Source of the DNA: Priapulus caudatus
Taxonomy: Eukaryota
Reading direction: 5' to 3'
Assembly (NCBI RefSeq): GCF_000485595.1
Contig: NW_014577070.1
Span: 600,630-644,263 of the forward strand
DNA length: 43,634 bases
Shown: positions 26,401-34,489 of the stretch, piece after piece
Numbering within the stretch: the first letter of the stretch is position 1
Layout of the letters: the number at the start of each line of letters is the position of its first letter
Position numbers and translations under genes: made by a program
The notes under the pieces: model-generated
The model's input: the letters and a program-made list of their open reading frames with translations, nothing else
The model's database searches: none
Told to the model about the DNA's origin: nothing

Positions 26401-29400
26401 TTCCTCTTTCACTTTTCTGAAGTGTTGACTACATGTATACGTGGTATCCATTTGTAGAAACAATGGCAAACATCTTCTCAAGGAAGCCATGAAGCATTAA
26501 TGTTATTTTTAATTTTTTAATATTTTAAAATTACCATGTTAATGTTCCTGCAGGCTGTGACATGGCTGTGGGAACTGTGTGATGTCCTAGCAAGCACACA
26601 TAGACACATTGGCACAACAGCAGCAGAGGTCAACGGACTCAAACTCGAACATTTCAAGTTTCAAGAGACAGCAAAGGTGATTCTTATGTCCCTCCACATG
26701 TGGTAACACATGTATATTAAGAGTTGGGAACGATTTGTTGAATAACTGACATACAAACATTCAGGGCCATCATTGTCATAGTGCGTTACTTTCATTCTTC
26801 GCCTATATATTGTATTCTATCACCAGTGATGATTACGTTTGTCTGATCTAAACTCAATTGTGTTATCTTACCCTCACAACAGAGCACGTACCACTACGGC
26901 AAGAAGCTCTTGGATGCTGCAGACATGCTGAGGAAATCATGCAGGCAGGACTCTGCACCCAACCATGAACTGAAGCAGCATTTGCACAGGATCTGGCGAA
27001 AGTTCTGTAGTGGTTCCACAGAGCGAACGGCTCGTCTGCTTGTCGCTTATGTTTTCCACAACAATTCTGACAAGGTAATTGGTAGTCTACTGTTAATAGC
27101 AAGTTCATGTCTAACTTAATAGCTCCACAGCATTATATAACAAGTTCGTCGAATTTGCGTACGGTAGTGTATTGCATTGTAGAGCTGTGTGAGCATGTGC
27201 TTCGTAGAGCTGGCCCAGACCTCCATTTCTCACAAATCTAACAGCGAATCTACACCCATCAAGAAAGTCACTTTAATATGAACTGTTTGACAAGTACTTT
27301 TCTGTATGCTAGTCTGCGAAAAGTAAAGGTTACATTTGATGAGCAAACATCCCCAAAGCGCACGAGCAATATCGAGGGGAAGTATAGATGATGTTTGTTG
27401 CTTAAAGTATTCTTGGTAATGCTTATAAAAACATCGAGACAGCCTCATCGAAATCCTACCGAACATGACCCCACAGATGTTTATCATCTCTGTAGATTTT
27501 CCGTAGGATCATACACATAAAATACACGGTACTTAACATTTATAATAATATCATTCATCGCTTGTGTCACTTGTTGCAGTTGTGTGCAGCCATAGATCAT
27601 TTGATGCATCTGATCAAGGTGCAGACGAGAGCCCATGGCTTTGACCTAACCTGTATGGTTGTAAGGGAATACACTCTCACGAAGGATAGACTTATTAACG
27701 AACTCGTGGAAACGGTCAGAATGGGTTTGGCCATCAGAAAGCGACTGGAAGTACCCATATTTGAAGATCTGAAGTATGCATTTTATTCTCTCATTTTTTT
27801 ATTGAGTATAGCATTTTTAGTTAATAATGTGCGTTTATCGTATGTTCTTAATGTTCGTGTGTTAATTTTGATGTACGAATTAGGGCTGATAATCATGACC
27901 ACTCAATTTGTTCAGATCAATTGCCGATTGCTGTATTTTATGCACCTATGTAAGTTTCTGGCAAATGACATAATATAATTTATATATAAAAATAAAAATA
28001 TACATATAAAACGTGATATGCATGGACCCTATAGCAACCAGCCTGCAGTAGTTTCTCGCACCCCCCTGTCCCTCACTCTTTCCTACTATCTCGACCCCCT
28101 CTTCATCTCCGTATCTCGCTCTCTCTCTCCCACTGTTACTCTCCCTTGCTCTTTCTCACTCTCTCTCCTGCTTAAGCTCTTCCTTCCCTCGCTCTCTTTC
28201 TCACTCTCTCTCTTACTCTAGCTCATCCTTGCTCTATCACTCCGTCTCTCTCTCTCTCTCTCTCTCTTTCTCATTTTCATTCTCACTTCTTTTCTCGCTC
28301 TCTTTTTCTCTATATAGACAAAACTTTTCCTTTGCGACAGAAAAGCGAGTGAGGTCAGCGAGCACGACTCTTTCTCCCCCTCTCCTCTCTTTCTCTCTCC
28401 CCCTCTTCTTTCTTTCTTTCTCTTTCCCTTTCTCGCTCTCTTTCTGGATCGCTTATATCTCGAAAGAGAAATCTCTATAGAAAACAATCTCTCTATATAG
28501 ACAAAACTCGTATTGCCTTTGCAACCGGCCTGCAGTAGTTTCTCTCCCTTACCCTGTCCCTCGCTCTTTCCTACTCTCTCGATCTCCACTTCGTCTTTTT
28601 GTCTTGGTGTCCCTCTCTAGCTCTCCCTTGCTCTCTCTTTCTCATTCTCTCTCCTACCCTAGCTCTTCTTTTCTCTCACTCTCTCTCCCTCTCTAGCTCT
28701 CCCTTGCTTTCCCTGTCGTTCTCACTCTCTCCCACTCTCTCCCCCTCGCCTACTCTCTTTCCTACTCTCTCTCCCACTCTCTCCCCCTCTCCTCCTCTCT
28801 TTCTCGCTCTCTTTCCCACACTCTCCACTCTCCTACTCTTTTTCTCTATCTCTCTCTCCTACTCTCTCCTCCTCTCCTTCTCTCTTTCTCTCTGTCCCTC
28901 TCAGTCTTTCTCTCTCCCCGCTCTCCTACTCTCTTTCTCTATCTCTCTCTCCCACTCTTCCCCTCTCCTATCTTTCTCTCTGTCCCTCTCATTCTTTCTC
29001 TCTCCTCCTCTCCTACTGTCTTTCTCACTCTATCTCTATTTATACAAACCTCATACTTCCCTCGCGACAGGAAAGCGAGCGAGGTTGGTGAGGACGACGA
29101 CACGTCGGTCGTAGGCATCGACAAGAAGCTCAGCAAGCTGACGAGGAAGAAGGAGAAGCTCGAGTCGATCTGGTGCGACCTGGAGGAGGTCGAGCGCGGA
29201 CGCGCCGAGACGCAAACGATGCTCGGCCACCAGGCGGCGCCGGACGACCGCCGCCGCCGCCAGATGGCGACCTCGACCGGAAGCCTTCCCGCGTACCACG
29301 CTGCCGCCGACGGCGCGCCGATGCTGCGGTCGCGCTCGCAGGACGCGCTGCCGCCGACCGACGCGATGCCAGCAGGGGGCGCCGCATCGTCGTCGCCTCG

Positions 29401-31363
29401 GTACGCCGTGCTGCGCATCCCCGGTCCGGAGGGGCCGCTCCCGGAATCCGCGCCCGAGGGATCCTCCCTCGGGATGGTCGCGCGGGCGGTCGATCGACCG
29501 GAGGGGAACCTCGTACAGCACATGGTGCGCGACAGCTACCGGAAGCTGATCAACTCGGACCTGCCGCTCTCGGCCGCCTCCGACGATGACAAGAAGAAGT
29601 TCGAGTACCTCGAGGCGTTCCTGCGGCACGAGGGAGGAAGCCTCGCGAAGCCCGACGCTCGGCTGCTGCTGCTGCGGCGAGGAGACCCCGCGGTTGCCGC
29701 CGGCGACGACGACGACGACGAGACGGTCGCGAAGCTGCGGCAGTCGGTCGCCGACGTCGAGAAGTTTCTGTCGAGCCTGATCCGCAAGTCGGAGCGCTTC
29801 GAGAGCGAGCAGGGCGAGAGCGAGCCTCCTTCATACAGCCGCCTCGCGCGCACGCCCGAGTCCATGCGCAGGCTGCGCAAGTCTCCAGAGCGAGGCGTCG
29901 ACGCGTCCTCCGCCACCGCCGCCGGAGTTAATCCGGATTTCCGGCCGAAGCGGCGGAGACTCGATGATGCGCTGTGGGCGTACAACAACGAGCCGCCGCA
30001 CGCCGCAGGGCAGGAGCTGCGTCGCGATTCGCCGGCCGACCACGTGATCATCATCGGCGGCAGCGACGACGAGGCGGCGCGAACGCCGGATGCAGCCGCG
30101 CCGCCGAGGGTCGACCCGAAGCCGACGGGCGAGGAGATCGCCGCGGCGACGACGACGACGATGGAAGGCGTCGAGGAGGGAAGATGGCCGTCGCCGCCGC
30201 CGGCGTCGATGACGTCGCCCGAGGAGGCGTCACCGGACGTGACGCTGTCCTTCGAGGAGCAGCAGGTCGCGGCGAAGATCGCAGAGATCCTGGCGACGCG
30301 CGACGACGACGACGATGATGGTGGCTCCCCCTGTCGCTACCAGCCGTCAGAGGTGAGCAGCGCCGGCGCCCCCGAGTGGGCGTCGGAGCGAACCAGCTTC
30401 GGCGCGGTCGCGGACGACGAGGAGTTGTTACAGGAAGCTTCCCCGATCCCCAACGAGTCGCCGACGGAAGAACCGGGAATGCTGAACATAAGCGGGAAGA
30501 TGTCGGAAGACGCCTTCATCCACGATACGTCACAGGAAGATTCCCTGGCATACGTCGACGTCTCGGCAGGAGCATCTCCGGCAGTTGCTGTGGATGCGCG
30601 CTCACGTCGGACGCGCGGGAAGCCACGGGAAGATTCCCCGACCGACGTCGAAGCGTGGGAACCTTTCGCGGGCGACCAGTCGCGCGAGAGAACAGCGATC
30701 CCGTCTGACGTCGCGACGAGCGAGAAGGAATCCGCGGGTGGAAAGAGAATCGTACCGACGTACAGAGTAGTCAAGTTAGTGGAGCCGGGTCGAGGAGAGA
30801 AGCTCTTCGAAGCTCGGCGCGCGGAGTCGTTGCGAGCTTTCGATCGCCACGACGATGACGGGGATGTTGAGATGGACGTCTTCGAAGACTTTCCGCCACC
30901 GCCGCCGCCTGAAGACACGGCGGACGCGGGGGCGCTGCGACTGACGCCGGCGCCCTCGCTAGATGGCGCCACCGCGTCCTCGCCACGCGCGATCTCCGCG
31001 TCCGACGAGCCGGGGAAACTCGACGAGACGGACGCGGGCCGCGGAGGCGTTGTCACGGCGACGGTGGACGCGGTCAGCTTCTGGAGGAGAGCGACGGACG
31101 ACGTCGAGCGACTGATCGCCGTCGTCGAGGGCGCGGTCGGGAGGCTGAGCGAGACAATCGACGAGATCCACGGTCGCCGTGACGACGGGAAGCCCGGCGC
31201 AGCACAGGGCGGGACAGTGGAAGAGGAGTCGGATGCAGGAGTAGGGCGTGCAGTTGGAGCCGGTGATGCTCGGCGAGGCGCGGGTGAGGACGTGCAGTCG
31301 TACGAGGGCAGAGAGGAGTCGGCCGCCGTCGACGCAGATGCAACCGTTTCTGATGAGGACATG
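11137..31363 (+). CDS. SESTD1: SESTD1-like (SEC14 domain and spectrin repeat-containing) protein, spliced model: join(11137-11191,13061-13181,13379-13469,14065-14172,16918-17031,17673-17847,22253-22473,23864-23986,24470-24661,25124-25238,25447-25556,25915-26046,26554-26676,26883-27074,27580-27773,29071-31363); 3' end open
   Basis: All introns are GT-AG and phases join without stops (4359 nt, 1453 codons). Translation starts MYADSIIEVLKKNYVYLSGGRDRYGGPVLTFPA (SESTD1/Trio-type SEC14 N-terminus). Later motifs WIVGPGE..IGD, LDDLLEFLC, AFGNDVT, RKARCDELADVRKLK, STYHYGKKLL and FHNNSDK resemble remembered vertebrate SESTD1 spectrin-repeat sequence. Confidence 0.9.
13061..13181 (+). CDS. SESTD1: SESTD1-like exon, SEC14 (GGRDRYGGPVLTFPAQPDGLDLSILDHEIATAVTYLSTIPW)
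   Basis: ag|..|gtcagt, phase 1 to 2; GGRDxxGGPxLTFP and YLxxIP motifs. Confidence 0.92.
13379..13469 (+). CDS. SESTD1: SESTD1-like exon, SEC14 (KESKESGFTAIIDMRNSSFRAIKPLLEVLE)
   Basis: tattatag|..|gtagga, phase 2 to 0; GFTxIxDMR..IKPLL motif. Confidence 0.92.
14065..14172 (+). CDS. SESTD1: SESTD1-like exon, SEC14 (ECLPHRLHNVLIVKPEQFWEKRRLSFRRERLHLSFE)
   Basis: caacag|..|gtgcgt, phase 0 to 0; IxKPxxFW motif. Confidence 0.92.
14199..14370 (-). mobile_element. 5'-truncated RTE-clade LINE 3' end with 12-bp TSD
   Basis: Minus-strand translation RVGRPKATWKQDSEAELRKKGYTCREIEWKAINRATWRKFTNDLCLPGDWRV* (RTE ORF C-terminal GRPxxTW..WR pattern), (GAA)n tail, TSD caagctaacggc at 14187-14198 and 14371-14382. 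Confidence 0.88.
14790..16720. repeat. 146-147 bp tandem repeat array (about 13 units as assembled), interrupted by an N gap at 15770-15779
   Basis: accaaaaccaggtcac recurs at 14878, 15024, 15170, 15316, 15462 (period 146); period is 147 after the gap. Confidence 0.95.
15770..15779. other. Assembly gap (10 N)
   Basis: nnnnnnnnnn. Confidence 1.
16918..17031 (+). CDS. SESTD1: SESTD1-like exon, end of SEC14 (PQFISVSKLTKYVDPGQLTKEFGGYLPYRHGYWLSNRV)
   Basis: tttacag|..|gtatgt, phase 0 to 0; LxKxxDPxQLTxEFGGxLxY motif. Confidence 0.93.
17673..17847 (+). CDS. SESTD1: SESTD1-like exon (EYERFMREAKDVHRRLD...NAPEGIIHA-G)
   Basis: ttttccag|..|gtgggc, phase 0 to 1; helical sequence in frame with both neighbours. 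Confidence 0.88.
18919..19780 (+). mobile_element. Helentron/DINE-like element, family B
   Basis: tttttagctcatctgacatagtcagatg 5' hairpin, (GTCC/GTGC)n tract, aaggtca repeats, tcagatga at 19719 as likely 3' subTIR. Confidence 0.55.
21243..21400 (+). repeat. G-rich 21-bp minisatellite
   Basis: gggaggtgggaggcaggggga-like units, about 6 copies. Confidence 0.8.
21924..22115. repeat. (AATC)/(AACC)/(CAGT) tetranucleotide compound microsatellite
   Basis: Seen directly. Confidence 0.9.
22253..22473 (+). CDS. SESTD1: SESTD1-like exon, spectrin repeat (GKLLLEKLQ...KLQEYWEDRAEQLQYNLDVRLLQQGMQK)
   Basis: cctttgcag|..|gtaacc, phase 1 to 0; spectrin LxxxWxxRxxxL pattern. Confidence 0.9.
22630..23117. 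mobile_element. Degenerate non-autonomous element with internal AATATT palindromic tract and about 30-bp tandem repeats
   Basis: ggggtactc..taccctg-rich start, ..gcggcacgtccccagtacc..ccggg end; 3x accctgtgccaataatgatgttcggaaaatat at 22968-23066; repeated ccaatattgg palindromes at 22830-22940. Confidence 0.5.
23864..23986 (+). CDS. SESTD1: SESTD1-like exon (VIDWIVGPGEKILKLPIDIGDCYEVAEELRKQHEEMEMDCT)
   Basis: gtgtag|..|gtgagt, phase 0 to 0; WxxGPG..IGD..HEE motif. Confidence 0.92.
23998..24256. mobile_element. Degenerate MITE fragments with acggacacct repeats; related fragment at about 41110-41250
   Basis: Repeated acctct.tata..ggacacct motifs with cagt/ctgt-type ends; superfamily not established. 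Confidence 0.35.
24470..24661 (+). CDS. SESTD1: SESTD1-like exon (DVYSSYADLRHRA...RLERRRNLVVASARFHKLVNE)
   Basis: ctatgtag|..|gtaatt, phase 0 to 0; spectrin helix C pattern. Confidence 0.92.
25124..25238 (+). CDS. SESTD1: SESTD1-like exon (LSKCLDDLLEFLCTEASVADVPSSEAAVLALNEKHDMA)
   Basis: gttatag|..|gtgagt, phase 0 to 1. Confidence 0.9.
25447..25556 (+). CDS. SESTD1: SESTD1-like exon (QRTAENLVIEGHSLLSMMSTNVFDAFGNDVTPDFIKQ)
   Basis: tttcaacag|..|gtatat, phase 1 to 0; AFGNDVT resembles SESTD1 AYGKDVT. Confidence 0.9.
25915..26046 (+). CDS. SESTD1: SESTD1-like exon (IDHVEGILNELSDRKARCDELADVRKLKLQQILQLRTSERDANQ)
   Basis: ctcatag|..|gtgaca, phase 0 to 0; strong resemblance to SESTD1. Confidence 0.93.
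26090..26250. repeat. (TTG)/(TTA)-rich simple repeat
   Basis: Seen directly. Confidence 0.85.
26554..26676 (+). CDS. SESTD1: SESTD1-like exon (AVTWLWELCDVLASTHRHIGTTAAEVNGLKLEHFKFQETAK)
   Basis: ttcctgcag|..|gtgatt, phase 0 to 0; AVxWLxEL..H..G..H.KF spectrin pattern. Confidence 0.93.
26883..27074 (+). CDS. SESTD1: SESTD1-like exon (STYHYGKKLLDAADMLRKS...ERTARLLVAYVFHNNSDK)
   Basis: cacaacag|..|gtaatt, phase 0 to 0. Confidence 0.93.
27580..27773 (+). CDS. SESTD1: SESTD1-like exon (LCAAIDHLMHLIKV...GLAIRKRLEVPIFEDL-K)
   Basis: ttgttgcag|..|gtatgc, phase 0 to 2; joins the next exon in frame. Confidence 0.85.
28050..29040. repeat. About 1 kb CT-rich polypyrimidine tract with internal duplications
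   Basis: Seen directly; contains repeated blocks gcctgcagtagtttctc and tatagacaaaact. Confidence 0.95.
29071..31363 (+). CDS. SESTD1: 2293-nt exon of the SESTD1-like gene: last spectrin-like helix followed by about 720 aa of acidic, Pro/Ala/Ser-rich sequence
   Basis: Acceptor cctcgcgacag after a long pyrimidine tract, phase 2 in; contains the ORF 29219..31384; GC-rich codon usage; donor ATG|gtgagt at 31363/31364 (phase 0), with an in-frame TAG 18 nt further if unspliced. Confidence 0.88.
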
Positions 31364-32101
31364 GTGAGTGCAAGGTTCTTATAGTACTAATGCATATTTT
31401 GATTGGTGAATATTTACCATATTCATTACTTACACCATTTCACCATTAATTATTTTTTAAGGTTCTATATGTGGTTTGTGTGTGCTTGCGTAATGTTTTA
31501 CTGCTGCCGTCAGAATGTTTTATCAGTTTGGTGTTGGATAGTGCTGCCACCAGTGGACAATTTGTGAACTAATAATTTAACGAATGTACTCCGTAAAACG
31601 TACACCCCCGTACACTGTAGACATACCTAACTAGTGATGGGTGAAATTAAATATTGGCTTGTGATTATTGAATCTAAATTCACGAATAGTGGAACCAATA
31701 GCAATGCCTAAACCTGCGAATTAACTTTTCTTATTTATAAAGCCATTACTCGGTAAAAAGTAACGTTAGGCATTTACGGATTCGCCTACACGGCAAGGCG
31801 ATTATTTATGCTGAAATACACCACACATCTGTGGCAATCTTCCTAGGAAATGGATAGAATTCTTTAAATAAATGCCATAAGTTCAACACAGGAAGTCTGC
31901 TACAATTGATGCCCCCACCATACTGTATGTGCGGGCAGCTCTCTGGAAATTATATGATGCAATATTCAAGCATGCATCATTGCCCGCGATCTGCCTATCT
32001 GTACTGCCAGTCGCGCGGCACGTGTAGCTGCTTGGGAATTGCTCATACTCTGGGAGGAGGATGAGGATGGCTTGGAGTCTGGGCGTGTGTGTATAGCAGA
32101 T

Positions 32102-32200
32102 GCAGCAGCTGCCTAGTGAAGGCTGAGCAGCAGTTGCCTAGTAGCGGGTAAGCAGCAGTTGCCTCATTGAGGCTAAGCAGCAGTTGCCAATCTCAGGCAG
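32102..32200. repeat. 25-bp tandem repeat (4 copies)
   Basis: gcagcag(c/t)tgcc core every 25 bp. Confidence 0.85.
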
Positions 32201-32892
32201 GTATAGTATTTCATGCTTTCCATAAACGTTCGCCGTGAAACCAGAGCTAGCTTATGACTGCAGCCTGACTTCCTTTAATGGCAGGCGGAAATGCCGTGGG
32301 CGTTCGCATCGCCCCTCTGAATCACGTCCGTCAAACACGGCGACGCTTCTGATTGGTCCGTGACGGAGGCCCGCGCACATGTGGTTAGCGCCATTCAAGA
32401 TTTCGCAAATCGTTAATTCTAACAGTTACTGTTAGACTGTTCAGGAAGGAGAGATCTCTCAACAGTTGAGAGCAGACAATCAGCACGCTTGACACTCAGG
32501 CCTGTGGTGTGTCAACGCAGTTAAGGTTGTGAGCACTGACGGATATTATATTAGGTTCTTTCTACTCGCACTACATCTAACAGTATAGTCAAGAATGTCA
32601 CGATAGTGCAACACAAGGTCGAAGCTTCCTAAGGCAAAGAATTGTGCGCAATAAATGCGTTGGCTAAACCCTCTCGATATCCACAATGCTGCCCGTTCGT
32701 AGTGATGTCCATAGCGGTGCCGGCTGTCTCCCGTGCGCCAAGTTTGTTGGTATAAGTGACGACACTAAGAAAACAGAAGACGAAATGCGTTGGAAGATTG
32801 TTAGTGATGGCGGCGTGTACAGCACGTCCGTATCCATTGATAGTAAAAGGGCGCGCCAACACTTTTGAAGCCATGCTGTACACCGCCCGCAG

Positions 32893-32895
<3 letters not shown>

Positions 32896-32955
<60 letters not shown>

Positions 32956-32956
32956 A
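32896..32956. repeat. (AT)n microsatellite
   Basis: Seen directly. Confidence 0.95.
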
Positions 32957-34201
32957 AAGTATACATATAAATAAATAACAACTAATTAACTAACTAACTA
33001 ACATACAAAGTCAATGATTAAATAATAAATAGATAAATAAATATGCATTGCCCTTTTATAATATAAAATATGAGTAGACTTATGATTAGTATGGGTAAAA
33101 ACAATTCAAAGTTTAGGCACAAAACAAATGCACTTTAAATTTGGGTACCTTATGCAGATTCTCATTAAAGCATTGATTTAGCCTGCGAGGAATTTATTAC
33201 CGTTAGATTGAGTGTACGGAAAGCTGTCGCATGGTATCCACCACATAAATATCTCACCTACGATCTTACACGACATACGCCTTCTGTCATAAGCACGCTT
33301 CCAATTAATCATGCTGTAATACGAGAAATTATAGTGTTTTTCAGTCTGTATTCGTCAGTCAGATACGTCATTCACGAAGAAATATGCGTGTCGCCTGTTC
33401 GTGTCAGGAAGACCCGTCCCGCACGGATAAAAGATGGCAGAAAACAATTTTTTACATTATGCTAATAAGTGTTAACATAATATGTCAGTCTTGGCGTACC
33501 GTACCGTATGTTTTTACAATCGCGTCGTTTTTTGGCTTTGGTTACTTCGCTATCGGTACTATAGACCCTGTCTCGCTGCGTCGCACGACGAGACATAATT
33601 ATGTCATCATGTCTTTGTGGTGCATGATAATGTTCCCAAAAACGCTTTACAGGGAAATGACAAAACTGAGATACAACCATGCCTGCCAGATTACGGTGGT
33701 TAAAGACACTTCCGTTTTAAAGATTGGTTAGGGCGTGGTGTAAGCGTTTACAATAATTGTTGACAAACAGATATATGTCTACAGATGTATAATTATAAAG
33801 AATTCATACGCATACTACGTACGCGAACCATTCATAAACCAGAGTTATAGCTGTGTAATATGTCCAACATGTGAGCACAACAGGATGATACTAGCTTATG
33901 TAATGCCGTAGTAGCTGATCTCTCACACCAACAGCGGTTTTTGTGTCTGTTTACGTGTGATGTGTTTTGAACACGACCTTCCCGCTGTACTTGGACGGTA
34001 GGGGGTGGTCCACGAACATGTGTATTCTTACACCCCACACAAACACGCACGCACGCACGCACGCACGCACGAGCACACGCGAACACGTGGACGCGCACAT
34101 GTCGTTGAGTCACGTTACTCATCGCTGTCCACATGCCCGCCACCCCCGCCGCATGAATTCTTCAACCCACGTCGCTGTGGAGGCTGCGCTGGTCCCGCGG
34201 T

Positions 34202-34235
34202 TATATACCGGGATGCCGGCTTCGCGCGATCAGTC
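34202..34235 (+). promoter_or_regulatory. Candidate core promoter (TATA + Inr) of the CCDC141-like transcript
   Basis: TATATA at 34202 and TCAGTC at 34230-34235 (A at 34232, so TATA at -30); ATG 102 nt downstream. Confidence 0.6.
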
Positions 34236-34333
34236 AGAGTGTGTTTAGAGCCGTGTTTAGCTGCATGCATACCGAACCACAACCAGATCCCTAGCCCATG
34301 GATGTATAGAGGAGAGAGCGAAGTGTAGAAGAG

Positions 34334-34489
34334 ATGTCTGACGCGCGAGCGAGCGAGAGTGAGAACGGCGGCGCGCTGGCCAAGGCCGACGTCACCGGCG
34401 GCGTCTCCGAGCGACAGCACCAGACGACGACCATCAGCACAGTCGCCGTACAGGCCGGCACGTCACGGATAGTCCTTGCCGTACTGAAA
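34334..34489 (+). CDS. CCDC141: First coding exon of a CCDC141-like (spectrin/Ig, zormin/titin-associated) protein: MSDARASESENGGALAKADVTGGVSERQHQTTTISTVAVQAGTSRIVLAVLK
   Basis: TTTISTVAVQAGTSRIVLAVLK closely matches the remembered vertebrate CCDC141 N-terminal motif TTTVSSVAVQAGDSKIVIAVIK; donor AAA|gtaggc (phase 0); no polypyrimidine acceptor upstream; core promoter motifs upstream. Confidence 0.8.

Noticed and set aside
11137..27773. Trio/Kalirin RhoGEF assignment
   Set aside because: The SEC14 part resembles Trio, but the spectrin motifs (GPG, AFGNDVT, STYHYG) fit SESTD1 better and no DH/PH exons are visible.
28018..29114. Leu/Ser/Phe-rich membrane-like ORFs
   Set aside because: Translations of the CT-rich intronic tract.
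28939..31373. Long antisense and alternative-frame ORFs (for example 30337..31362 on the minus strand)
   Set aside because: Expected shadows of a GC-rich coding exon; no independent splice or homology support.
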